Positions 13,001 through 24,960 of a DNA stretch of 64,000 bases are shown here, piece after piece (the first letter of the stretch is position 1; each line of letters begins with the position of its first letter). A program made the translations under genes and the position numbers. The notes beneath the pieces are model-generated. The model was not told the origin of the DNA. It made no database searches and saw only the letters and a program-made list of their open reading frames with translations. Source of the DNA: Mobula hypostoma (taxonomy: Eukaryota); the NCBI RefSeq assembly GCF_963921235.1, contig NC_086108.1, forward strand, positions 38,814,001 through 38,878,000, read 5' to 3'.

Positions 13001-13965
13001 TCTTTAAATATTTAATCTAATCCTGTTCTGTCCATCTGCTTATTTACATTCAATTTATTGTCTATTGTTGTGACTGTGAACTGAGTCATTGGAGGCACTG
13101 AAACTGGGTGATATGAAAGATATCACCACAAACAGGCATCACCTTTTTAGTAGAGCATCTTCCAACTCAAATTACATCAATACATCTAGGAACAAAGATA
13201 ACAGCAGGTGATTCAATACATGACATTAATGCTTCATTAATGGTTTTACTGAAGTACATATTTTAAAATGGGCGCACACTGTAACTGACAAACCAACTCT
13301 GAATGTGTTCAAACACCTTTTCTGAGACTAAATAGTAATTCACTCGGGTGGTTGAAAAGGTTCTGAAGACTGAGGACCCAGACATTCAAAAGTGTTGTGG
13401 CAACTAACTCTCATTACAGTTATTGATAGAGCAAATATGCCAATGACCATGTTTGATGTGCAAAGTGATGGTTTGATGTATCCCAATTAATGTAGCCCCA
13501 CTGTCTTGTCTGCTGCTTGCAAGAAAATATCATGGTTACATCCGTTTGAAAACCACATCTTTTGCGCAGCCTCCTGCTGTGGGCCAGTGCTCTGTGGATG
13601 GTACTGCCTGTTTACAAAGCTGCCCTTTTAAATTCAAATCCACTACTGTTAGCAATTACAGGAAAACCAGTTTACCTGATGACTGCTTTCCACTTGCATT
13701 GATGCTTGCTGTACCTACATAATTCCATAGCACCTAAATCTCTAATATCTGTAATATTTTACATATTCCAGTAGTACTACTGATTCCGTTAAACTTCAAA
13801 GATGTTGTAAAAAATCTTGTGTTTACTTGGTCCAACAAAGTTGATGGAATCTAATGAAACTTGTTTCAATGCACAGTATTTTAATGTGAGCAATTTAAAT
13901 TCCGAGTATTTTCTCACTTCATTCATTCCATGGGACTTTTAAAGAAGCCCACGGAAACGTTTCCT

Positions 13966-14053
13966 CTGTAAACGATTGCTATTTATAGTTTGACCATTTT
14001 ATAAATTGTTTAAGCCTATTTAACTGCTTAAGAGATCAAGCAAACCACATATA
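13966..14053 (+). repeat. 88-bp direct repeat, left copy
   Basis: Aligns without gaps to 17421-17508 with 5 mismatches. Confidence 0.95.
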
Positions 14054-17000
14054 TTGAATTGAATTGACTTTATTTCTTACATCCTTCACATACATGAGGA
14101 GTAAAAATCTTTGCGTTACGTCTCCATCTAAATGTGCAATGTGCAACCATAATAATTTATAATAAATAGAACAGTCAATGTAATAGAAACATAGAAAACC
14201 TACAGGACAATACAGGTCCTTCGGCCCATAAAGCTGTGCTGAACATGTCCTTACCTTAGAAATTACCTAGGGTTGTCCATAGCCCTCTATTTTTCTGAGC
14301 TCCATGTACCTGTCCAGGAGTCTCTTAACAGACCCTATTATATTCGCCTCCACCATCGTCGCCAGCAGCCTATTCCATGCACTCACCACTCTCTGTGTAA
14401 AAAAAACTTATCCCTGGTATCTCCTCCGTACCTACTTCCAAACACCTTAAAACTAACAACTCTCGTGTTAGCCATTTCAACCCTGGGGAAAAGCCTCTGA
14501 CTATCCACATGATCAATCCATCTCATCATCTTATAGACTTCTATCAGGTCACCTCTCATCCTCCCATCGCTGCAAGGAAAAAAGGCCGAGTTCACTCAAC
14601 CTATTCTCATAAGACATGTTCCCCAATCCAGGCAACATCCTTGTAAATCTTGTTGATCTTATTTTGCTTTTTTTAATTCTGCATCAGATCCAGAGTAAGA
14701 ATTATCTTTTCCCCTTTACAGGAAATGACATTAAATGATCTTGAATCCTGATTCCCCTCACGGACTGAACTCACTGTTAGTTTCAACTGCAACTTAATTC
14801 AACCCTCATCCTACTTGGATTTATTCTCCCTATTACAGCTGGAGACTCCGGGCAGAGTTGTGGATAAAATATCTTTAACCACTCCCCTCCCACCCCCAGC
14901 AGTAACTTTCCACCCTGACGATGTCCCTCTCCCTGTCAGAAGGTCAGGACTAGCCAATCTGTCCACAGTCCTTCAGACAATGGATAACGAGACCCAGACA
15001 ATATCCATACATAGGCTGGGCAGTGGGCAGGAACAGGTGTAGGGGTTGAGTGGGATCCAGGATCAGCCATGATGGAATGGCGGAACAGACTCGATGGGCT
15101 GAATGGCCTAATTCTGCTCCTATGTCTTATGTATACGCAAGTTAGCGTGAATTCATCAGTCTGACAGCCTGGTGGAAGAAGCTGTCCCGGAGCCTGTTGG
15201 TCCTGGTTTTTATGCTGCGGTACCATTTCCCGGACGGTAGCAGCTGGGATAGATTGTGGTTGGGGTGACTCGGGTCCCCAATGATCCTACAGGCCCTTTT
15301 TACACATCTGTCCTTGTAAATGTCCTGAATCATGGGAAGTTCACAAACACTGATGCACTGGGCTGTCCACACCACTCTCTGCAGAATCCTGCGATTAAGG
15401 GAGGTACAGTTCCCATACCAGGCAGTGATGCAGTCAGTTAGGATGCTCTCAATTGTGCCCCTGTAGAAAGTTCTTAGGATCTGGGGGCCCCATGCTAAAC
15501 TTACCCAACCGTCTGAGGTGAAAGAGGCACTGTTGTGTACAGATCACGTGAGGTCTTCGGTGATGTGGATGCTGAGGAACTTGAAGCTGTTTACCTTCTC
15601 AACCCCAGATTCATTGATGTCAATAGGAGTTAGCCCATCTTCATTCCTCCTGTAATCCACAACCAGCTCCTTTGTTTTTGCGACATAGAGGGAGATGATG
15701 TTGTCTTAGCAACACACAACATGCTGGAGGAGCTCAGCAGGTCGGGCAGCATCCGTGGAAACGATCAGTCAACGTTTCGGGCCGGACCCCTTCGTCAGGA
15801 TGGAAGAGAGAAGGGGCAGAGGCCCTATAAAGAAGGTGGGGGGAGGGTGGGAAGGAGAACGCTGGTAGGTTCCAGGTGAAAAACCAGTAAGGGGAAAGAT
15901 AAGGGGTGGGGAGGGGAAGCAGGGAGGTGATGGGCAAGAAAGGTGAAGAAGAAATAGGGGGAAACACAATGGGTAGTAGAAGGAGGCGGAACCATGAGGG
16001 AGGTGATAGGCAGCTGGGGGAGGGGGCAGAGTGAAACTGGGATAGGGCAGAGTGAAACTGGGATAGGGGAAGGGAGGGGGAGGGAATTACCGGAAGTTGG
16101 AGAATGCTATGTTCATACCAAGGGGCTGGAGACTACCCAGACGGTATATGATGTTGTTTTCTTGACACCACTGTGTCAAAGAGATGACTTCTTCCCTGTG
16201 GACCACCTTGTTATTGTTTGAGATAAGGCCAATCAGTGTAGTGTCATCGGCAAATTTAATTAGCAGATTGGAGCTGTGGGTGGCAATACATTCATGGGTA
16301 TACAGGGAGTAAAGGAGGGGACTCAGTACACAGACCTGAGGGGCTCCTGTATTGAGAGTCAGGGGGTTGGAGGTGAGGGAGCCAACTCTTACAAGCTGCT
16401 GGCAATCTGACAGGAAGTCCAGGATCCAGCTGCACAAGGCAGGGTCAAGGCTGAGGTCTCTGAGCTTCTCGTCGAGGCTGGATAAAATTATGGGGTTGAA
16501 TGCTGAACTGCAATCCAAGAACAGCATTCTCACATAAGCATCCTTCTTCTTCAGGTGTGTAAGGACGGTATGTAGAGCAGTGGCTATTGCGTCATCTGTC
16601 AATTGGTTATGTCGGAAGGTGAATTGTAGGGGGTCCAGTGTGGGTGGTAGCATGCTGCAGATGTCATCCTTGACCAGCCTCTCAAAGCATTTGCTTATTA
16701 TTGAGGTGAGTGCGGCAGGACATCAGTCGTTCAGGCATGTTACCTTGGTCTTATTTGGCACAGGGACGCTGATGGATAATTTGAAGCAGGAGGGCATTCT
16801 ACACTGGGAGAGGGAGAGATTAAAAATGTCAGTAAACACTCCTGCCAGTTGTGCTGCGCACATCCTGAGTACTCGCCCTGGGATGCCATCTGGTCCCGCA
16901 GACTTGCGACTGTCCACTCGTTGGAAACATCTATGTACCTCAGCCGCAGAGATGACCAGGTTGCAGGTTGAAGTGATGGCTTTCCTCAGAGGCTCAGAGT

Positions 17001-17420
17001 TCGCGACATCGAACCGAACATAAAAGCGATTGAACTCATCAGGGAGAGGCCGCAATGTTGGTGGCACCATAATGTTTGGCTTTGAAGTCTGCGATGATAT
17101 GCAGCCCTTGCCACAAGTCACGTGTGCTATTCATTGTGAATCATGACTCAATCTTCTCCCTATATTGTTGTTTTGTAGCCTTGATAGCTTTGCGCACGTC
17201 ATAGCTGGTTTCCTTGATCTCTAGTTGATATCCAGCGATGTAAACTCAATGTCGCGCTGTAAGTGCTGCTCGTACGAAAAAATTGATCCAGGGTTTCTGG
17301 TTCAGGAAGATCCTGACCGACTTCTGGGGGACAACATCGTTAATGCACTTCCAGACGAGCACGTGATTCCATCAGTGAACTTGGAGGAAACCTTTCCGAT
17401 GCGTGTTTTGTCTTCTCCGC
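14054..17420 (-). mobile_element. Rex1/Babar-like LINE, 5'-truncated, with nested CR1 (about 14183-14650) and Penelope-like (about 15708-16160) fragments
   Basis: KSAGPDGIPGRVLRMCAAQLAGVFTDIFNLSL, LDPLQF, YVRMLFLDCSSAFN, NTGAPQVCVLSPLLYSLYT, KFADDT, LLPSGKWYRSIK; (TTCAA)n tail at the left end. Confidence 0.9.
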
Positions 17421-17508
17421 CTGTAAAAGATTGCTATTTATAGTTCGAACATTTTATAAATTGCTTAAGCCTATTTAACTGCTTAAGAGATCAAGCAAAC
17501 CACGTATA
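17421..17508 (+). repeat. 88-bp direct repeat, right copy
   Basis: Aligns without gaps to 13966-14053; the pair abuts both ends of the Rex1-like LINE. Confidence 0.95.
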
Positions 17509-17667
17509 GCACCTATTGGGAAATTATAATATGAGTGGTACATAATGGAATATTTCAAAGTTGCCTTCTCCAATAATGTGTCCAATAAATATTTATTGTA
17601 TGATATGTGGACTGTAAGTGACAGGGCCTGTTTAATATCACTGAATCCCAGAAGATATCGAGAGCAG

Positions 17668-18006
17668 ATCCAGAGGGCGACTGCGGTGGCAAAAGTGTTA
17701 TGGGACAAGTATTTCATTTATTATGGACTTCCCAGGTGGATACATAGTGACCAGGGACAGGATTTCGAGAGCAGACTCATCCATGAGTTACTGGGCATGC
17801 TTGCAGTTCAGAAATCGAGGACCACGCCCTATCACCCGCAGAGTGAACCCCAGCCTGAGAGGTTTAAGTGGACCTTGCTAGACATGCTCGGGACCCTGGA
17901 GATCAGCAAGAAGAGCCGGTGGAGTCAACATATTGGGCATCTGGTTCACTGTTACAACTGTACACGAAATGAAGCTACTGGGTACTCGCCGTATTATCTG
18001 ATGTTT
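17668..18006 (+). mobile_element. Ty3/Gypsy integrase core fragment
   Basis: VAKVLWDKYFIYYGLPRWIHSDQGQDFESRLI...SRTTPYHPQSEPQPERFKWTLLDML...YNCTRNEATGYSPYYLMF; stop-free, ends at a CR1 tail. Confidence 0.9.
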
Positions 18007-18562
18007 TAGAACATAGAACATAGAATGGTACAGCACATTACAGGCCCTTGGGCCCACAATGTTGTGCCGACCCTTAAACCCTGCCGCCCATATAACCCCC
18101 CACCTTAAATTCCTTCATATACCTGTCTAGTAGTCTCTTAAACTTCACTAATGTATCTGCCTCTACCATTGACTCAGGCATTGCATTCCAGTCACTAACC
18201 ACTCTCTGAGTAAAAAACCTTCCTCTAATATCCCCCTTGAACTTCCCACCCCTTATCTTAAAGCCATGTCCTCTTGTATTGAGAAGTGGTGTCCTGGGGA
18301 AGAGGCGCTGGCTATCCACTCTATCTATTCCTCTTAATATCTTGTACACCTCTATCATGTCTCCTCTCATCCTCCTCCTCTCCAAAGAGTAAAGCCCTAG
18401 CTCCCTTAATCTCTGATCATAATGCATACTCTCTAAACCAGGCAGCATCCTGGTAAATCTCCTCTGTACCCTTTCTGATGCTTCCACATCCTTCCTATAG
18501 TGAGGTGACCAGAACTGGACACTACTCCAAGTGTGGCCTAACCAGAGTTTTATAGAGCTGCA

Positions 18563-18779
18563 AACAACAGGAATTCTGCACATGCTGGAAATTCAAGCAA
18601 CACACATCAAAGTTGCTGGTGAACGCAGCATGCCAGGCAGCATCTCTAGGAAGAGGTACAGTCGACGTTTCAAGCTGAGACCCTTCGTCAGGACTAGTCC
18701 TGACAAAGGGTCTCAGCCTGAAACGTCGACTGCACCTCTTCCTAGAGATGCTGCCTGGCCTGCTGCATTCACCAGCATC
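18563..18779. mobile_element. Palindromic mini Penelope-like insertion made of two inverted terminal repeats
   Basis: About 82-bp arms (18614-18695 and 18696-18777) centred on ACT|AGT; perfect 15-bp TSD ttttatagagctgca (18548-18562, 18780-18794). Confidence 0.92.
18659..18696 (-). ncRNA. Minimal type I hammerhead ribozyme motif
   Basis: Minus strand reads TAGTC CTGACGA AGGGTCTCAGCTT GAAA C GTC GACTG: core boxes intact, stem I TAGTC/GACTG, palindromic ACGT in place of stem III. Confidence 0.75.
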
Positions 18780-20766
18780 TTTTATAGAGCTGCATCATAC
18801 ATCACGACTCTTAAACTCTATCCCTTGACTTATGAAAGCTAACACCCGAAAGCTTTCTTAACTACCCTATATACCTGTGAGGCAACTTTCAGTGATCTGT
18901 GGACATGTACCCCCAGATCCCTCTGCTCTTCCACACTACCAAGTATTCTGCCATTTACTTTGTACTCTGCCTTGGAGTTTGTCCTTCCAAAGTGTACCGC
19001 CTCACACTTCTCCGGGTTGAACTCCATCTGCCACTTTTCAGCCCACTTCTGCATTTTATCAATGTCTCTCTGCAATCTTCGACAATCCTCTACTCTATCT
19101 GCAACACCACCAACCTTTGTGTCGTCTGCAAACTTGCCAACCCACCCTTCTACCCCCACATCCAGGTCGTTAATAAAAATCACGAAGAGTAGAGGTCCCC
19201 AAGCAGATCCTTGTGGGACTCCACTAGTCACAACCCTCCAATCTGAATGTACTCCTTCCAACACGACCCTCTGCCTTCTGCAGGCAAGCCAATTCTGAAT
19301 CCACCTGGCCAAACTTCCCTGGATCCCATGCCTTCTGACTTTCTGACTTTCTGAATAAGCCTACCGTGTGGAACCTCATCAAATGCCTTACTAAAATCCA
19401 TGTAGATCACATACACTACAGTACCCTCATCTATATGCCTGGTCACCTCCTCAAAGAACTCTATCAGGCTTGTTAGACACGATCTGTCCTTCACAAAGCC
19501 ATGCTGACTGTCCCTGATCAGACCATGATTCTCTAAATGCCCATAGATCCTATCTCTAAGAATCTTTTCCAACAGCTTTCCCACCACAGACGTAAGGCTT
19601 ACTGGTCTATAATTACCCGGACTTTCCCTACTACCTTTTTTGAACAAGGGGACAACATTCGCCTCCCTCCAATCTTCCGGTACCATTCCCATGGACAACG
19701 AGGACATAAAGATCCTAGCCAGAGACTCAGCAATCTCTTCCCTCGCCTCGTGGAGCAGCCTGGGGAATATTCCATCAGGCCCCAGGGACTTATCCGTCCT
19801 AATGTATTTTAACAACTCCAACACCTCCTCTCCCTTAATATCTACATGCTCCAGAACATCAGCCTCACTCATATTGTCCTCACCGTCATCAAGTTCCCTC
19901 TCATTGGTAAATACCGAAGAAAAGTATTCATCGAGGACCTCGCTCACTTCCACAGCCTCCAGGCACATCTACCCACCTTTATCTCTAATGGGTCCTACCT
20001 TCACTCCTGTCATCCTTTTGTTCTTCACATAATTGAAGAATGCCTTGGGGTTTTCCTTTACCCTATTCGCCAAGACCTTCTCATGCCCCCTTATTGCTCT
20101 CCTTAGGCCCTTCTTAAGTTCCTTTCTTGCTTCCCTATATTCCTCAATAGACCCATCTGATTTTTGCTTCCTAAACCTCATGTATGCTGCCTTCTTCCAC
20201 CTGACTAGATTTTCCACCTCACTTGTCACCCATGGTTCCTTCACCCTACCATTCTTTATCTTCCTCACCGGGACAAATTTATCCCTAACATCCTGCAAGA
20301 GATCCCTAAATATCGACCACATGTCCATAGTACATTTCCCTGCAAAAACATCATCCCAATTCACACCTGCAAGTTGTAGCCTTATAGCCTCATAATTTGC
20401 CCTTCCCCAATTAAAAACTTTCCTGTCCTCTCTGATTCTATCCTTTTCCATGATAATGCTAAAGGCCAGGGAGCGGTGGTCACTGTCCCCCAGATGCTCA
20501 CCCACTGAGAGATCTGTGACCTGACCCGGTTCATTACCTAGTACTAGATCTAGTATGGCATTCCCCCTAGTCGGCCTGTCCGCATACTGTGACTGGAATC
20601 CATCCTGGACACACTTAACAAAATCTGCCCCATCTAAACCCTTGGAACTAATCAGGTGCCAATCAATATTAGGGAAGTTAATGTCACCCATGATAACAAC
20701 CATGTTATTTTTGCACCTTTCCAAAATCTGCCTCCCAATCTGCTCCTCTGTATCTCCGCTGCTACC

Positions 20767-21156
20767 AGCCCCACCTCCCCCTCGTACCCCATCAGTTATT
20801 TATTTATATACACACATTCTTTCTCTCTCTCTCCTTTTTCTTCCTCTGTCCCTCTGAATATATACCTTGCCCATCCTCTGGGTTCCCCGCCCCCCCATTT
20901 CTTTCTCCCTGGGCCTCCTGTCCCATGATCCTCTCATATCCCTTTTGCCAATCACCTGTCCAGCTCTTGGCTCCATCCCTCCCCCTCCTGTCTTCTCCTA
21001 TCATTTTGGATCTCCCCCTCCCCCTCCCACTTTCAAATCTCTTACTAGCTCTTCCTTCAGTTAGTCCTGACGAAGGGTCTCGGCCCGAAACGTCAACTGT
21101 ACCTCTTCCTAGAGATGCTGTCTGGCCTGCTGCGTTCACCAGCAACTTTGATGTGT
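20767..21156 (+). mobile_element. Penelope-like 3' fragment, same young subfamily as 2172-2802
   Basis: Reverse complement closely matches about 2212-2585. Confidence 0.9.
21062..21099 (+). ncRNA. Minimal type I hammerhead ribozyme motif
   Basis: TAGTC CTGACGA AGGGTCTCGGCCC GAAA C GTC AACTG: intact core and stem II, one mismatch in stem I. Confidence 0.7.
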
Positions 21157-22119
21157 GAACCAAGGATCATAGCTGAGTCTTCTCGGGGAGAACTCGCTTC
21201 ATATTCAGACCAGCAAAGGAAATAATTTACTTTAAAGCTTTAGATGACAATTTCTTCAATTAATTTAACTTTAACAACCATTTATGAATAACATTTATAG
21301 TTCTATTAAACAGTTGGAGACTGAAGTGTTGTGGGTGTCACAATAAGTATAACTAGCATTCAGGTTGTTTAACAGTTACAGGCGAATGATACTCATTTTA
21401 ACATTAGGAAGTAAGTTTATCCTGGATCGCCCAACCTCGCAGACACACTAGTTGTTTATTTACAATATAATTGTAGCATTATTTGACATATTCTTGTGCA
21501 TAGTATTAGTTGTGGCTCAGTCTTAGCTCCTCACGTCCACTGGAAGTGTCAACTGGAAGGTTGCAACCTAGAGATCTGCTCCAGGCATTTGAGCACAAAA
21601 TTTGGACAGACTACTCTCCAGTGCCATATCATTGGGTAGCAACTTCCAGCTAAAAGGTTTAGTTTGAGTTTTAGTCTGCCATCTCAGGTACAAGTATAAC
21701 ACGCCCCAAAGCATTTTACTAGGGGTCACGAATTAAATGGCCAATATCTGTCTTTCACCAAACAGCAGTAAAACAAGTTTTGTATCATATTTATATCTAC
21801 GGGAGTTTTCTGGACACACAATGCTTGTTGCATTTCTAACATTACAACAGTGTCTCCATGGCAAAAGTAGTAATCAGCTATGCACCAAAGCTGTGAATGT
21901 CATTATATTTGCAGCATTCTTTAAAATAAAAGCCAAAATTTGGTGTGAGGTGTGTAGGGTTTGTGTTTCAGGATTCAACTGTGACATCATTTTGGTTAAG
22001 AGCAAACCTGATTGAATCAAGATTAAGTGAGCAGCATTGTTGAAAAATTGCATTAGAAAGGTACTTGAAGTATGAGTTTTAAGCATCTCAGATTGATTGG
22101 TGCTAGGATTCTTGTGGCT

Positions 22120-23435
22120 TAGCTATGGGAGACAAGATCAGTAAGTTCACAGATGGCATGAATGGCAGAGTTGTTAATTTCTGTATGTGGAAGTTAGTTT
22201 TGGACTGTTGAGAGATAATGAAATAGGCTCAAAATGGCAGATGGAACTTAATGCAGACAGATGCAAATTATTGTATTTTGGGAGCATTTGATGAGGCTAG
22301 GTAGACACCATGAATTGTAGGGTGTCGGGGACAATTCACAAAGAGGTCCATAAAACCCTGAAGGTGGCAATGTAGGTAGATAATGTGGTTTGAAAGGCAA
22401 TGAGGATACTGACCTTCATTAGTTGGTGCATTGCATACGTAAATAAGGAGGTTTGGAAACAGCTGGAGTACTGCATGTGGTTCTGGTTACCAGGACTACA
22501 AAGGATGTGATGTCACTGGAGAGAGTGCAGAGGAGTGCCAAGTATTGCCTGGATGGAGTGGCTCAGTTATGAGGAGAGACAGGAGAAGCTAGATCTTTTC
22601 TGCCTGGAGAGGAGGAAGTTACTCTGCAGCTGTGGCACGTAACCATCAGCAAACCCTTCAGCTGGCTCTGTGAACGTGGCCTGCAGCCATCGTGGTCCTG
22701 GACCGGCTTCACTCACCGCAGTGCTGAACTGGCTCTGTGGCTGTGGATTCACGTTCAGGGACTCAGTATTTCATGTTCCGTGTGCTATTTGGTACCTTTT
22801 TCTTATTGCTGGCACAATTTGTTTTTTCCACCCATTAGGTGTTTGACGGGCTACTGTGTAGTGGTTTTTAATGGGTTCTATTGTGTTTCTTTGTATTTTG
22901 GCTGCTTTCAAGAATCTCAAGGCTGTATACAATATACATACTTTGATAATAAATGCACTTTGAAGTTTGTTAAGAGATATGATTGAGGTATATAAAATTG
23001 AGTATAGATAGGATGGACTTAAGAAAAGTTTTCTACATATCAGAGTACATAAAACTAAAGGGTATAGATTTAGGGTGAGAGGGAAGAGATTTAGAGGGGA
23101 AATGAGAGGGACAAGACTAGACTAGACTACACAGTCTCTTCCTTCAGTTAGTCCTGACAAAGGGTCTTGGCCTGAAACGTCGACTGTACCTCTTCCTAGA
23201 GATGCTGCCTGGCCTGCTGCGTTCACCAGCAACTTTGATGTGTGTTGCTAGACTACCCTAAATGCACTATCTGAAAGTGTGATTGAATCTGTATGGCTTG
23301 CCGTATTTAATAAGTGTACAGATGAGCACAGTTACTGAGTTGTAGGGGGCAATGGAACAAGTGCCGGGAGATGAGATTAAAAAGGGATGTGGACGAGTTA
23401 GGCTGAATGCTGTGCTCCCATGCAATACAGTTCTA
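22120..23435 (+). mobile_element. Old CR1 3' part with nested non-autonomous retroposon (about 22620-22966) and solo Penelope repeat
   Basis: aagttcacagatg (KFxD), aatggcagatggaacttaatgc, ctggagagagtgcagagg; resumes at about 22975 (atgattgaggtatataaa). Confidence 0.7.
23131..23247 (+). mobile_element. Solo Penelope terminal repeat with mutated hammerhead core
   Basis: ttagtcctgacaaagggtcttggcctgaaacgtcgactg; 9-bp TSD ctagactac (23122-23130, 23248-23256). Confidence 0.85.
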
Positions 23436-24399
23436 GGTTCAGGAATACTGCATGTATATTCCTGGCACTTAGCAGAAGGCTCAGTACTCTTGTAATGATT
23501 GTAATGGACTGCCTCCTTGGTGTATCTGAAGGATGATTTAGTGTGTCATCTTCCTCCTTGTTCTATTTCATTTCTTTGAGACTTAATTATCGCTTCAATT
23601 AATATATGAAATATAGAACTTTTAGTCAAAATGATATTGATCTGCAGTCTCCGTTGAGATCATGGCTCACATTTAGTAGTTGTTTCGGATGGTTTGGGGG
23701 ACAGAGAAGGGGAGTAGAGGTCACATTGGGGTTTAGGAACAGTGATGTAGAGGAGTTAGAAGTTGGGCCTCCACTCCATATTCAAAGGCCAGCAACATGG
23801 ACAGGTGATGAGGGACATCCGGAGTACAGGCCTCCACTCCGCACCTTTGTCAGCGACGTGGATGGGTAATGAAGGACGTCCATTGATGTTGGGCAATCCC
23901 ACATCAGTGGATCCCAGGATTGGATGTCCATATGAACGCGAGGCATGAGGCCTGTAAGTCAGTGCTCCTGGAGTTTGAGTCTGGAGTTCAGGGTTCTGAC
24001 ATCGACTGGTCCAAGGTTTGATAGTCGGAAGTCTGGACGTTCAAGCCTGATAACTGAAGCCTGAAGTCTGGAGGTTGGAGATTGGAGACTGGTCCTGGCG
24101 TTGGAGGACTGGCATATGTGTGTGTGGGTGGAGGGGAGGAAAGGGACTTGTTTTACTGATACTGTTTTGTTGCTTGTTGTCTTTGTTTCGTTGAGTCCTG
24201 TGCTGTTCTGCTAAGTATTGTGGGCATGCTAGGTTAGCACTGGAAAGTGTGTCGATACTTGTGAGCTGCCCCCAGCGTACTCTCAGCTGTAGCTTTTCAA
24301 TGTAAATGACTATATATTTTAACACATTTTATGATTTGATATACATGTGATAAGTAAATCTGAATGTGCATCTGAGGAGTTGTAAATGCTGGTGTTAAT

Positions 24400-24960
24400 A
24401 ATCCATGTACCCTTAGGTCTTTCAGCTTTTTGAGCACCTTCTCCCTTGCAATAGTAACTGCACCCACTTCTCTTCCTTCACAAACTACAACATCTGACTC
24501 ACTCCTAGTGTCTTCCACAGTGAAGAATGATGCAAAATACGCATTTAATTCATCTGCCATCTCCTTGGCCCCCGTTATTATTTCTCTGGCCTCATTTTCT
24601 AGCAGACCTATATCCACTCTCATCTCCCTTTTATTTTTTACATACTTGAAGAAGCTTTTACTATTCACTTTGATATTGTTTGATAGCTTGCTTTCATATT
24701 TCATCCTTTCCCTCCTAATGATTCTTTTTGTTGCTCTCTGTGGGGTTCTAAAAGCTTCCGAATCCTCCGTCTTCCCACTAATTTTTGCTTTGTTGTATGC
24801 CCTCTCTTTTGCTTTTACATTAGCTTTGACTTCCCTTGTCAGCCACGATTGTACTATTTTGCCATTGCTGCTCTGCTATCATCTGTGCCAGCAGCTCCTT
24901 CCAATTTACTTTGGCCAACTCCTCTCTCATACCTCTGTAATTTCCCTTACTCCACTGAAA
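24400..24960 (-). mobile_element. CR1 ORF2 internal fragment
   Basis: NIKVNSKSFFKYVKNKR...EMADELNAYFASFFTVED...EKVLKKLKDL. Confidence 0.85.

Larger units (their letters stand above)
18007..20766 (-). mobile_element. CR1 LINE ORF2, 5'-truncated, same subfamily as 4237-8274
   Basis: Near-identical translations to the first copy (GVPQGSAWGPLLF, KFADDTK, NYRPVSLTS); tagaacatagaacatagaa tail at 18007. Confidence 0.95.

Noticed and set aside
16024..16066. 21-bp tandem duplication, and a diverged roughly 60-bp one at 23766-23881
   Set aside because: Two-unit slippage in or next to repeats; not an array and not CRISPR.
17545..18009. 154-aa ORF as a domesticated integrase gene, or 17545-17613 as CRB1 exon 1
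   Set aside because: The N-terminal part is unrelated DNA that happens to be in frame and the core lacks the first catalytic Asp region. The gtaagt donor at 17614 is phase 0 and the peptide is not hydrophobic.
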